The notes under the pieces: generated by a model
Told to the model about the DNA's origin: nothing
Databases searched by the model: none
Seen by the model: the letters and a program-made list of their open reading frames with translations, nothing else
Shown here: piece by piece, positions 43,853 through 53,741 of the stretch
Layout: each line of letters opens with the position of its first letter
How positions within the stretch are numbered: the first letter of the stretch is position 1
Program-made: the position numbers and the translations under genes
Assembly (NCBI GenBank): GCA_963812605.1
Contig: CAWEWF010000006.1
Location: 192,001-256,000 of the forward strand
Origin: an uncultured Verrucomicrobiae bacterium
GTDB taxonomy: Bacteria > Verrucomicrobiota > Verrucomicrobiia > Palsa-1439
Length of the DNA stretch: 64,000 nt
Direction of reading: 5' to 3'

Positions 43853-45452
43853 ATGAGCATCCGCTTTGCGTGTGAAGGCTGCGGCCAGCATCTTGCTGCC
43901 GACGAACAATTGAAGAAGTTACCCGTAAACTGCCCTGCGTGCGGCCAACGGGTGACCGTGCCAGAGACTTCAGCCCTCCTATCAGGAGATCGAGACATTC
44001 AATTCCGTTGCGGGACCTGTACTCAAAGCCTCGTCATTGACGTAGCGGGCGCGGGCTTGGCTGTGCAGTGCCCTACGTGTGGGAACGGTGTCAGGGTGCC
44101 GCAACGAGAACGCTCCTACATGGTACCCGTCCCAGATTGGGTCGAGGTGTCCCCGTCGTATCTGCCAACAGCCGCACTGGCAACGAGAGTCTTTTACAAA
44201 TACTGGCGTGGACAAATTGACCAGGGCCATTTCCCCCCTCTCGCGGGGCAAATTCGTTACATCTTTGAGTATCTCTACTCAGCGATCGACGATTTCAGGG
44301 GCGACGGAAACATCGAACATCTCCTAGCCTGCTTCGACCGAATCAGACCGGGGTTATGCCACTATCGAGAAGGTGAGGGAAAAGGTGAGGCGATGGACAT
44401 CCGATGCCTACCTTGCCGTGGGCGACTACGATAATGCTTGGGCATATAGGAAGCCGCCCTCCGTGTACTTTCCGCCCATGCGGTTGTTTGATCTACTTGC
44501 GATACGATCCAAGTGCACGGACACCATAATTGATGGCGAGGGCATTCTGGAGTTGCTCGGTGGCCCCGTTGGTCTTACGCCGTTTGGAACAGCTCGGATG
44601 CCAGAGATTATAACGCGCGCTACCCGCCGTTTGGAAATTCTCCACCAGCAGCACGGCAAGAATTTTGTCGATTACTTCGTTCACCAGTTCGACTTCTCAA
44701 ATCTCACGGAGACTGACATGGAGCACTTGAAGCAGTGCTTCTCCAACGAGAAGGACTTTGAGTTCTGGCGAAAGTTGTATTTCAAAGACAAGGAGCTGCG
44801 CCGGCGTAGAGAGTCAGAACCCTACAAAGTAGGTCCGCCAGCTATTCGGCTATTTGAGAACGTTCCTTCAAAACACAATCAATCGTCTGTGACGCTTACT
44901 ATGCACGTTGGCGGGTCAGGAGGTGAACCCGGAACGATCATCCGCCGCAGCCTCGTGTGGCCGGAAAATGCGCCTGCTACCCACATTGAATACGAGTCCA
45001 TCCCGTCAATCATCGAAGTGGCGTTGCTGAACGAACTAGGACGCATATTGCAGGAATGCGAGAATGCGCTCCGTGAGGAAGCAGGCGTTCCGAGAGTTGG
45101 AGAAGGCTGGTGGAGTGAGACAGAACTTTTCTACAAGTTGCGGCAGGCGTTTCCTGAGGAAACCATCATTCATCATGGGAAGCCAGCTTGGCTTGTACCG
45201 CAACACCTTGATGTGTATTTCCCCAAAAGGAACATTGCCTGTGAATACCAAGGGAAACAGCATCAAACTCCAGTTGAATACTTCGGCGGGGTGGAAGCAT
45301 TCCAAGAACAACAACACCGAGACGCCAAGAAAAAACAACTCTGCGATGAAAATGCCTGCCTGCTGCTGTATGTTTATGAAGGATATGACTTTGAAAGGTT
45401 GAGGAGCGAACTCGTGGAGGCCATGATTAGCAGCCCGTTCAAGAAGGGGTGA
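43853..45452 (+). CDS. Zn-ribbon protein with a C-terminal PD-(D/E)XK/DUF559-like nuclease domain (frameshift near 44370)
   Basis: CEGC/CPAC/CGTC/CPTC pairs; SETELFY, QHLDVYFP..IACEYQGKQH, RDAKKKQLC. Confidence 0.65.
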
Positions 45453-45466
45453 ATTAGGAAAATACC

Positions 45467-46369
45467 ATGGGGATTCCCGAATGCTTTCGGGGCTCGGTTC
45501 TCAAAATGTGGTCTTTCTTAACTGACTACCAAGCGAAGGGCCGCGGGATAATGAATGTCGATCAATGCTACCCGGCGTTGGCGTCCTTGGCAGCTACACA
45601 TGGACGGACGCTGAGCGAGTTGGAGAAGTGCTCGCACTCGAAAGGTGAGAGTTTTTTGAGCTTGGGAGATTGCCTCAGCATGGTAGCAGGAAGGTGGCCA
45701 ACACTTCAGGTTGGTGGACCACACCACTATCTTGCCACGCTGGAGACATGTCTCGGTAGGCTTCCGCCGGAGGCAAGAGATGGTTTCTGGCATAAACTGA
45801 ATACAGCACCAAGCGGCTTCTTGGATACTGTTGTTGAGGCGACGTGGGCGATTTACTTCTGGGATCGTGGCGTACTGGTGGCGGTTGAAGAGCCTTTCGA
45901 CCGATCAAACGGTGATGGGAAAAACGCGGATTTTGTAGTGAGTCGTTTAGGTAAGAAGTATTGGTTAGACGCGAAATGTATTCACCCTTCTCAATCGCAT
46001 AACAGCCCTTCTCGACGGCCTGAGACGAAAGAACGGGTAATCCATTTTCTCGCTACGGAGGCCCGCAGGAGGTACAGGGAGAAATTCTCAGGGGCGGAGA
46101 AGTCGGGGCAGCTCGGAGATTCATCTGCGGGTGTCCTACTATGCGTACATGCTTTCGAGCCTAGTGTTATTCCCCCGTTGCTTTCGGACATTCTTGATGG
46201 CACAAAATTACCGGCTCCGCCATGTTTATTCGATTGGCGGCACCCCAATTTCGGAACCGTTTGTGTGCACACCATTCGCCCGCGCGGCGATTCCCTCCTG
46301 CTGGGGCCTGTGTGCCTCGGCATGTGGACTCGGAGTGAAAGCGACGGGTTGGACTGGCTTCTTAAATAG
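45467..46369 (+). CDS. Hypothetical protein with a PD-(D/E)XK-like motif
   Basis: VVEATWA...NADF...WLDAK; start may be 45551. Confidence 0.55.
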   Translation: MGIPECFRGSVLKMWSFLTDYQAKGRGIMNVDQCYPALASLAATHGRTLSELEKCSHSKGESFLSLGDCLSMVAGRWPTLQVGGPHHYLATLETCLGRLPPEARDGFWHKLNTAPSGFLDTVVEATWAIYFWDRGVLVAVEEPFDRSNGDGKNADFVVSRLGKKYWLDAKCIHPSQSHNSPSRRPETKERVIHFLATEARRRYREKFSGAEKSGQLGDSSAGVLLCVHAFEPSVIPPLLSDILDGTKLPAPPCLFDWRHPNFGTVCVHTIRPRGDSLLLGPVCLGMWTRSESDGLDWLLK

Positions 46370-46703
46370 TTGGGTTGTTTGATGGACGCAGGCGATGATT
46401 CGGTTTCCTTTCAAGCGTGAACAAGCTGTAAGTTGCAAGCGGTGGCTCGCTTGGCCTTGCGCAATTCGACTTGCCTGTGAATATCAGCGGCGATGCGGTC
46501 GGGATGCCCGCCGTTTCTTCCGACTGCATTTGCTTTTGGTCTACGTGAGAGAATACCAGAGCCGCAAGATACAAGGGCGCGGTGGCCCACCCGGTCCGCG
46601 CCAGTGTGGAATCGTGGACGGCTCGGCGAGCCGTCCCTACCAACGACCCTGCAAATGAAGCGTGTCGTGCCGCTAGCAGCGCGACCCTCCGAGCGCAGCT
46701 TTC

Positions 46704-47045
46704 TTACGCGTCGGCGACCTTGGTGGCCGTTTTGCCGATGCGGTCGCGCAGGTAGTAGAGCTTGGCGCGGCGCACTTTGCCGGCGCGCTCGATTTCGATC
46801 TTCTGGATGAAAGGCGAGTGCAACGGGAACACGCGCTCGACGCCCTCGCCGTAGCTGATCCGGCGCACGGTGAATGTCTCGGCAATGCCGCGTCCCTGCA
46901 TGTTGATCACGATGCCGGAAAACGCCTGCACGCGTTCGCGGTCGGCTTCCTTGATGCGCGAGTACACCTTGATGGTGTCGCCCACCTTGAAGGGGACGAG
47001 GTCCTTGCGCAACTGTTCCGACTGGATCTTCTCAATGACATTCAT
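46704..47045 (-). CDS. rplS: 50S ribosomal protein L19
   Basis: [25 protein letters not shown]. Confidence 0.97.
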   Translation of the reverse strand: MNVIEKIQSEQLRKDLVPFKVGDTIKVYSRIKEADRERVQAFSGIVINMQGRGIAETFTVRRISYGEGVERVFPLHSPFIQKIEIERAGKVRRAKLYYLRDRIGKTATKVADA

Positions 47046-47087
47046 GTTCCAACTCCTTTATCGCGTAATGCGTCTCAAATTGAAATG

Positions 47088-47762
47088 TTAATCTTCCTTC
47101 AATAAATCCGGTCGCCGCTCTTTGGTCCGCTGCCGCGCCGATTCAGCGTGCCACCGGGCGACGGCTTCATGGTCGCCGCTCAGCAGAACTTCCGGCACCT
47201 GCATCCCGCGGAACTCCGGTGGCCGCGTGTACTGCGGTCCTTCCAGCAGCCCGCTGGCAAACGAATCGTCGCCCGCGCTCTGTTCGTCGCCGAGAACCCC
47301 CGGCAACAGCCTCACCACCGCATCCACAAACACCGCTGCGGCGAGCGCGCCATTGGTCAGCACGTAATCGCCGATGCTGACCTCTTCATCGACGAGCGCC
47401 TCGCGCACCCGTTCATCCACGCCCTCGTAATGGCCGCAGATGATGACCAGGTGCGGCTTGCGCGAGAACTCCTGCGCTCGCGCCTGCGTCAGCGGCGCTC
47501 CCTGCGGCGTCATCAACACCACGCAGGATTCATCCCGCCGAATTGTTTCCACGGCTTCAAAGATCGGCTCGGGCTTCATCAGCATGCCCGGCCCACCGCC
47601 GTACGGCTTGTCATCCACGACGCGGTGTTTGTCGTGGGTGAAATCCCGCAAATTATGCACCCGCACGGCAACCAATCCGCTCTTCTGGGCGCGCTTGAGG
47701 ATGCTTTCGTCGAGCGGCCCCTCGAAGATGCGGGGGAACAACGTCAGTACGTCAATTTCCAT
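47088..47762 (-). CDS. trmD: tRNA (guanine-N1)-methyltransferase
   Basis: [35 protein letters not shown]. Confidence 0.97.
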   Translation of the reverse strand: MEIDVLTLFPRIFEGPLDESILKRAQKSGLVAVRVHNLRDFTHDKHRVVDDKPYGGGPGMLMKPEPIFEAVETIRRDESCVVLMTPQGAPLTQARAQEFSRKPHLVIICGHYEGVDERVREALVDEEVSIGDYVLTNGALAAAVFVDAVVRLLPGVLGDEQSAGDDSFASGLLEGPQYTRPPEFRGMQVPEVLLSGDHEAVARWHAESARQRTKERRPDLLKED

Positions 47763-47789
47763 TACGACTCCGCGGCCGGCACCGTGTGG

Positions 47790-48071
47790 TCATTCCGTCG
47801 CGTCTGGTGGCGGCGGCGCACCTTCCGTGCGACGGCCCTCAGGCTCGATGATCTCGAGCATGGCCCGTTTGCCCTGCTTGGCGGCGGCGCTGGTCAACAA
47901 GGTGCGAATCGCGGTGATGGTGCGCCCGCTCTTGCCGATGACCTTGCCGATATCGGCCTGGTTCAACCGCAGTTCAAAGATCACGGCGCGTTCGCCGTCG
48001 ATTTCGCGCACATCGACTTCCTCGGGATGATCGACCAGGCCTTTCGCCACGTATTCGATAAACGCTTTCAT
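47790..48071 (-). CDS. khpA: KH-domain RNA-binding protein KhpA
   Basis: LVDHPEEV, DIGKVIGKSGRT; between rpsP and trmD. Confidence 0.9.
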   Translation of the reverse strand: MKAFIEYVAKGLVDHPEEVDVREIDGERAVIFELRLNQADIGKVIGKSGRTITAIRTLLTSAAAKQGKRAMLEIIEPEGRRTEGAPPPPDATE

Positions 48072-48100
48072 GTTGCGCTCCACCCGCTGACGCCATCGCG

Positions 48101-48364
48101 TCAGGCCGCTTTCGGCGCTGCTGCAGCCTTCTGTGCTTTCTTCAAGAAGCTCCGCACTGTGTTGCTGGGCTGCGCCCCTCGCTGCATCCAGTGCTTCACC
48201 CGCTCCAGGTCCACTTTGAAATTTTCGCCCGTCTTGCGGGGATCGTACGTCCCCACGTTCTCAATGAACCGCCCATCGCGCGGACTCCGCCCATCGGCCA
48301 CCACAATGCGGTAGCACGGCACGTTCTTCGTTCCCACTCGTCGTAATCTGATTCTTACCGGCAC
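48101..48364 (-). CDS. rpsP: 30S ribosomal protein S16
   Basis: VRIRLRRVG, YRIVVADGRSPRDGRFIE, GAQPS. Confidence 0.97.
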   Translation of the reverse strand: MPVRIRLRRVGTKNVPCYRIVVADGRSPRDGRFIENVGTYDPRKTGENFKVDLERVKHWMQRGAQPSNTVRSFLKKAQKAAAAPKAA

Positions 48365-48370
48365 TTGTTG

Positions 48371-49714
48371 TCACCTCCCCAATCGCATCTTCGGCAACGC
48401 GCCCTTGCGGGTCATCGCCTTTTGCATTTTGCCCATTTCCTGCATCATTTTTTTCATGGCGTTGAATTGCTTCAATACGTCATTCACTTCAGCGACGCTG
48501 GTACCGCTTCCCGTCGCAATGCGCGTGCGTCGGCCCGCGTTCAAAATCTCGGGACGGCGCCGCTCTGTGGGTGTCATCGACTGAATGACCGCCTCGACGC
48601 GCTTGAGTTGCGACTCACCACCGCTGAGGTCAGGCATTTTACCCATTCCTGGCAGCATGCCAAGTAGATTCTCCAGCGGTCCAAGCTTCTTAAGCTGTTG
48701 CAGTTGCGAGAGAAAATCCTCCAAATTCAGGCTCTGGTCGGCGATTTTTTCCTGCAATTCCTCCGCTTTCCTGGCGTCGAAGGCATCTTGGGCCTTCTCG
48801 ACGAGAGTGACCACATCCCCCATCCCGAGGATTCGCCCTGCCATCCGCCCGGCATGGAACGGCTCCAGGTCATCGAGTTTTTCGCCAACACCCGCGAACC
48901 GTATCGGCTTGCCCGTGACCGCCCGCATCGAAAGCGCCGCTCCACCGCGCGCGTCGCCATCGAGTTTCGTAAGCACAATCCCCGTGATGTTCAGCGCCTT
49001 GTCGAAATGCTCGACGATATTCACCGCTTCCTGCCCCGTCGCCGCGTCCGCCACCAACAGAATTTCCTGCGGGGCCAGTGAATCGCGCATTCGCACCAAT
49101 TCCTGCACCAGGTCCTCGTCAATATGGAAACGGCCCGCCGTGTCAAAAATCACCACGTCGCGGCTTTGCGCCTGCGCGAAAGCAGTCGCTTGCTTCGCAA
49201 TTCTCACAACATCGGTCTCGCCGCGCAGCGAGAACACCGGGATTTCCAGTTGCTTGCCGAGGGTTTCCAGTTGGTCAATCGCCGCGGGACGGTGCACGTC
49301 ACACGCGACTAGCAACGGCTTGCGTCCCTGCTTCGCCAGCAACTTCGCCAGTTTCCCGCACGTGGTGGTCTTGCCGCACCCGTGCAGCCCAACCATCATC
49401 CAATTTCCATTCTTCATTGGTGGCACAGGCGTCCCTGCCTGTGTCGGATCGCTCCCCATCAACGCCACCAGCTCATCATGCACGATCTTGATGATCTGTT
49501 GCCCCGGTGTGATGCTGGTAAGGACCTCCTGCCCCAGCGCGCGTTGCTTCGTGCGCTCGATGAAATCCTTCACCACCTTGTAGTTGACATCGGCCTCGAG
49601 CAACGCCAAACGCACCTCGCGGAGCGCGTCCGCGACGTTTTTCTCGGTCAGCTTGCCGAAGCCGCGCAGGTTCTTGAAAATCCCCTGCAATTTGTCTGAA
49701 AGTGAATCGAACAT
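48371..49714 (-). CDS. ffh: Signal recognition particle protein
   Basis: ALLEADV, GCGKTT, DTAGR, TKLDGDARGGAALS, RILGMGD. Confidence 0.97.
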   Translation of the reverse strand: MFDSLSDKLQGIFKNLRGFGKLTEKNVADALREVRLALLEADVNYKVVKDFIERTKQRALGQEVLTSITPGQQIIKIVHDELVALMGSDPTQAGTPVPPMKNGNWMMVGLHGCGKTTTCGKLAKLLAKQGRKPLLVACDVHRPAAIDQLETLGKQLEIPVFSLRGETDVVRIAKQATAFAQAQSRDVVIFDTAGRFHIDEDLVQELVRMRDSLAPQEILLVADAATGQEAVNIVEHFDKALNITGIVLTKLDGDARGGAALSMRAVTGKPIRFAGVGEKLDDLEPFHAGRMAGRILGMGDVVTLVEKAQDAFDARKAEELQEKIADQSLNLEDFLSQLQQLKKLGPLENLLGMLPGMGKMPDLSGGESQLKRVEAVIQSMTPTERRRPEILNAGRRTRIATGSGTSVAEVNDVLKQFNAMKKMMQEMGKMQKAMTRKGALPKMRLGR

Positions 49715-49814
49715 GGCAATTCTCGCCCGCTGCCAATATCAGCCTTCACCGCGATTGCGCAAGGAAATTAGAGGGTGCGGCCAATTACAAAATATCGCTC
49801 GCACCCAGGGGCGC

Positions 49815-49843
49815 TTGCATCTTCTAAGGGCGGAAAGTATAAT
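49815..49843 (+). promoter_or_regulatory. Sigma70-type promoter TTGCAT-N17-TATAAT
   Basis: Near-consensus hexamers 7 nt upstream of ATG 49851 (leaderless). Confidence 0.75.
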
Positions 49844-49850
49844 GCTTACC

Positions 49851-50063
49851 ATGAGTGCAGTACAGGTCAAACGGGTTATCGACAAAATGAACGGGGAAGA
49901 TCGTTTTTTTGCGCTGGCTTACTTGAAACATCTTGCTCGACGCGATGATCCCAACCATCAGCGGTTGCTCGGCGACCGCATCCGAGAAATGGGTCGCGGA
50001 AAGAAGGTTTCGCTCGCCGCAGTGAAACGCCTGCATAGGCAGTTGGAAGCTGCAGGCCTATGA
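49851..50063 (+). CDS. Putative antitoxin
   Basis: 70 aa ORF overlapping the downstream toxin-like gene (ATGA); EMGRGKKVSL motif. Confidence 0.6.
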   Translation: MSAVQVKRVIDKMNGEDRFFALAYLKHLARRDDPNHQRLLGDRIREMGRGKKVSLAAVKRLHRQLEAAGL

Positions 50064-50332
50064 TACGTGGTTGGAAGGCTACGTATGACGCTAACGCCGT
50101 CGAGTTTTTGCTTCGCCGTTCCTCAAAGGAAAGGCAACGGCTGATTCAATTCGCGGATTTGCTGAGGACCAATCCCACTCTTGCCGGGGATTTCCAGGAG
50201 GTAGATGATGTCGCGCATACCCTCCAAGTTAAACTTGTTGGCCGTTTTCTGATCACCTATTGGGCAGACCATGCCGTCAAGGTAGTCAACATCGTCCGCA
50301 TAGAGAACGTCAGATTGACAGTGATTCTGTAG
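50060..50332 (+). CDS. RelE/ParE-like putative toxin
   Basis: 90 aa; GRFLITYWADHAVKVVNIVRI C-terminal strand pattern. Confidence 0.6.
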   Translation: MIRGWKATYDANAVEFLLRRSSKERQRLIQFADLLRTNPTLAGDFQEVDDVAHTLQVKLVGRFLITYWADHAVKVVNIVRIENVRLTVIL

Positions 50333-50434
50333 CTGGGATTAGACATCTCAATTCAATCGCAAGGAAATTTGCCACAAAGAGAAAGGGCGAGCCCATGCCC
50401 GCCCTCCCCTTCCTAACCAACAACCAACTTGGCG

Positions 50435-50587
50435 CTATTTCTCCTTGTCGAAGTCCCTCAGGGCCTTCTCGCTCGGAGATTTAAGCTTATCCTGATTTCG
50501 CGCGGCTGTGTCCTGCACTTTTTGCAGGTACTTCCAAGCCCCATACGCCAGGCCGGCCAGTACCGCGAGCAGGAGCAGCTTTTTCAT
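50435..50587 (-). CDS. Small membrane-anchored protein (50 aa) not in the ORF track
   Basis: MKKLLLLAVLAGLAYGAWKYLQK...DKEK*; ATG overlaps the murA stop. Confidence 0.7.
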   Translation of the reverse strand: MKKLLLLAVLAGLAYGAWKYLQKVQDTAARNQDKLKSPSEKALRDFDKEK

Positions 50588-51849
50588 TCCGCCACGCGCT
50601 CGATCTTCGCCCCGAGAAGACGGAGCTTCTGGTCAATGCGCTCGTAGCCGCGGTCCACGTGATAAATGCGATTCACTTCCGTCTCGCCGTCGGCGGCCAG
50701 GCCCGCCAACACCAGGCCCGCGCTTGCGCGCAGATCGCTGGCCATCACGGGCGCGCCGCTGAGCTTCTTCACGCCTTTGACAATGGCGCTGGCGCCCTCC
50801 AACGAAACATCGGCGCCGAGCCGCGCCATCTCGCTGATGTGCATAAAGCGATTCGGGAAGACTTTCTCGGTGATCACGCTGATCCCTGGCGTAACCGTCA
50901 TCATGGCACTCATCTGCGCCTGCATGTCCGTCGGGAAGCCGGGATACGGCATGGTGATGACGTCCACGGGTTTGAGGTCGCCGTTGCTGCGAACGCGAAT
51001 CGTGCCGTTGTTGCGCTCGACCGTGACACCGCATTCCTCCAGTTTATCGCGCACGGCGCTGAGATGTTCGGCGCGCGCGCCGTGTATCTCAATGTCACCA
51101 CCCGTAATCGCCGCTGCCGCCATGAACGTGCCGGCCTCGATGCGGTCGGGAATGACAGTGTGCTCCGCGCCGTGCAATTCCTCGACACCTTCAATCTCCA
51201 GCATGTGCCCACCGATGCCTTTGATCTTGGCGCCCATCTTGAGCAGAAAATTCACCAAGTCTTCAATTTCAGGTTCGCAGGCCGCGCCTTCAATCCACGT
51301 CGTCCCCGTGGCCAACACCGCCGCCATCAACACATTGGCCGTCCCGAGCACGGTCGAACCAAAACGCCCGCCCATGAACACGTCGTTGCCGGTCAATTCG
51401 TTGCAGCGCGCGTGAACGTAACCATTCTCAACGACCACGTCTGCGCCGAGCCGTTTGAGGCCTTTGATGTGCTGGTCAATTGGGCGATCGCCAATGACGC
51501 AGCCGCCGGGAAGCGAGACTTTGCAGTTGTGCAGGCGCGCCAGCAACGGCCCGAGCAGACAGACTGACGCGCGCATCTTGCGGACAAGTTCGTACGGCGC
51601 CACGCCTAGCGGATGGCCCGCGCGCACCTCGACGACGCCTTCCGCCTTGTGGTGCTCGACCTTCACGCTCAACCAGCGCAGGATATCACACATGAACTGG
51701 ATGTCGCTGAGATTCGGCACGCCGCGGATGACGCACGGTTCGCTCGTGAGCAGTGTGGCGGCGATAATTGGCAGGGCGGCGTTTTTGGAGCCGCTGATTT
51801 GAACGGTTCCGCGAAGCGGATTCCCCCCACTGATAATAATCTTTTCCAT
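50584..51849 (-). CDS. murA: UDP-N-acetylglucosamine 1-carboxyvinyltransferase
   Basis: GSKNAALP, LPGGCVIGDRP, PDRIEAGT, PYPGFPTDMQ, DLRASA. Confidence 0.97.
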   Translation of the reverse strand: MEKIIISGGNPLRGTVQISGSKNAALPIIAATLLTSEPCVIRGVPNLSDIQFMCDILRWLSVKVEHHKAEGVVEVRAGHPLGVAPYELVRKMRASVCLLGPLLARLHNCKVSLPGGCVIGDRPIDQHIKGLKRLGADVVVENGYVHARCNELTGNDVFMGGRFGSTVLGTANVLMAAVLATGTTWIEGAACEPEIEDLVNFLLKMGAKIKGIGGHMLEIEGVEELHGAEHTVIPDRIEAGTFMAAAAITGGDIEIHGARAEHLSAVRDKLEECGVTVERNNGTIRVRSNGDLKPVDVITMPYPGFPTDMQAQMSAMMTVTPGISVITEKVFPNRFMHISEMARLGADVSLEGASAIVKGVKKLSGAPVMASDLRASAGLVLAGLAADGETEVNRIYHVDRGYERIDQKLRLLGAKIERVAE

Positions 51850-51905
51850 AGCCCCCTCCTTGGTGTGAGCTATTCTGCTGCCGCCGGGCTTCCCAGGGCC
51901 CGACG

Positions 51906-52808
51906 TTACTTCTTGGGCTGAGCCACGATCACGCGCTCATGTCCCTCTAAATCCTTCACTACTTCAACCACTGCAAGGCCTTGCTGGCCGAAAATTTCTT
52001 CGACAACCGCTCGCTGTCCGGCGCCGATTTCCAGCGCCACAAACCCGGAGGGAGACAAAATACGCCTGGCATCCATGACCAAGCGTCGGATAACTTTGAG
52101 TCCATCCTCACCCGCCGCAAGTGCGCGTACGGGCTCAAAGTCTCTAACCTCCCTGGGCAGCTTCGCCAATTCCCCATCAGCGATATACGGCGGATTTGAA
52201 ACAATCGCCTCCGCTACGAAACTATCCGGGAGTGCTTGTAGCAAATCGCTTTCCAGAAAGCGAATGTTTTTTTCGATTTGATGCAACAAAGCGTTCCCGC
52301 GCGCCACCTCCACTGCCTCCGGGCTGACATCCAGTCCATAAATAGTGGCGCAGGCGTCCCTGCCTGCGATCATCAGCCCCTTCGCCAGCGCAATCGCAAT
52401 GCACCCGCTCCCCGTCCCCACATCGACGATCTTCAAATTTTTGTTTGGTGGCACAGGCGTCCCTGCCTGTGGCCCTTCTACTGCCAATCTTTTCACCACC
52501 GCCTCCACCAACAACTCCGTCTCCGGCCTCGGAATCAACACGCGCTTATCCACCAACAATTTCAACCCGCAAAACTCCACCTCGCCCGTAATGTATTGCA
52601 GCGGCTCACCCGCCACCCGCCGCTTCACCATTTCCCGCAACTTCGTCAACGTCGCCTCATCCAACTCCCGCTCAAATTCCAGATACAACCCCATCCGCTT
52701 CTTCTTCAACAAATGCGCCAGCAACAATTCAATGGTCAGCCGCGGACTCTCAATCCCCTGCTTCTCCAGATACGGCGTCGTCTTCGTGATCACGTCCAAA
52801 ATGCGCAC
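51906..52808 (-). CDS. prmC: Release factor glutamine methyltransferase
   Basis: GEPLQYI, VLIPRPETE, DVGTGSGCIA, SNPPY. Confidence 0.95.
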   Translation of the reverse strand: MRILDVITKTTPYLEKQGIESPRLTIELLLAHLLKKKRMGLYLEFERELDEATLTKLREMVKRRVAGEPLQYITGEVEFCGLKLLVDKRVLIPRPETELLVEAVVKRLAVEGPQAGTPVPPNKNLKIVDVGTGSGCIAIALAKGLMIAGRDACATIYGLDVSPEAVEVARGNALLHQIEKNIRFLESDLLQALPDSFVAEAIVSNPPYIADGELAKLPREVRDFEPVRALAAGEDGLKVIRRLVMDARRILSPSGFVALEIGAGQRAVVEEIFGQQGLAVVEVVKDLEGHERVIVAQPKK

Positions 52809-52863
52809 GGCGGGAGAGTACACGAGCAGGCTCACAGACAAAAGGGCGAAACTGCTCTACTAT

Positions 52864-53706
52864 CTAACGTCTGGCTCTTAGCTTCTTCTTGGGTTTGCAC
52901 GCAGCTATTGCTTCATTCAGGAAGGTGGTGAACCGGTGCCTATCAGGGAATTTCCAGTGTTTTCGCATTTTGACTAAAAGTGGATACAGCCTCGAATCGC
53001 AAGCCAGTTCAGCGGCCTCTAGCGACCAAGTTCCTCGAAACCTACGTATCAACTCTTTCCGGAGGGGCTTCAACGCTCGGGGATCTTTTCTCTTTGCGAG
53101 ACCGATCAGGGCTTGGCCACGAATCTCTGTATCTCGTTCTTTGAGCCGAGCAAATAAGGCATCACGAATCGCTTTTGAGTTTCGGTCGTTGAGTTCTCCC
53201 AGGCCAAAAGTTGCGTAATCTCTGACATCACGATTCGGATCTCTAGACAACTCAATCAATGCCTGGATGGCCAGCGGCGTCTGCTGTCTGGCGAGTCCGA
53301 AAGCGACCCCGTAACGAACGCCTGAATTCGGGTGATTTTTAATTGCAACCAAGTGCGGAATGGCTCGCGGATCATGACGGTGCCCCAATCCCACACCGGC
53401 CGCGCTAACGACACGAACCGAACGGTCCTGCAATCGCTCAACCAGCAACGATACAGACTGCCTCAGAAAAACAGGTCTCCATGTTCCAATTTGCGCCAGT
53501 ACGTTGACGCCGACTTCCCGTTCTTTCGCGACCGGGCTTGCACACAGCCTTTTTGCCGTGCTGAAAACCTCGCGCGTCGCCCGCCACCGCAGAACGTCTA
53601 TCGCATTCCACGAATTATTGTTTTCAGATTCCGAGATGGCGACTTGAAAGAGCCTCTTCACAGACCGCCGATCATTTTTATGGGGATTGGCGAAGTGCCG
53701 TTTCAC
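52864..53706 (-). CDS. HEAT-repeat protein
   Basis: Repeated VRxxAxxxLG motifs (VRYGVAFGLA, VRDYATFGLG, IRGQALIGLA). Confidence 0.8.
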   Translation of the reverse strand: MKRHFANPHKNDRRSVKRLFQVAISESENNNSWNAIDVLRWRATREVFSTAKRLCASPVAKEREVGVNVLAQIGTWRPVFLRQSVSLLVERLQDRSVRVVSAAGVGLGHRHDPRAIPHLVAIKNHPNSGVRYGVAFGLARQQTPLAIQALIELSRDPNRDVRDYATFGLGELNDRNSKAIRDALFARLKERDTEIRGQALIGLAKRKDPRALKPLRKELIRRFRGTWSLEAAELACDSRLYPLLVKMRKHWKFPDRHRFTTFLNEAIAACKPKKKLRARR

Positions 53707-53741
53707 TGGTTACTCGCTTCAGCTGGACGTTTGCGGGGGCG

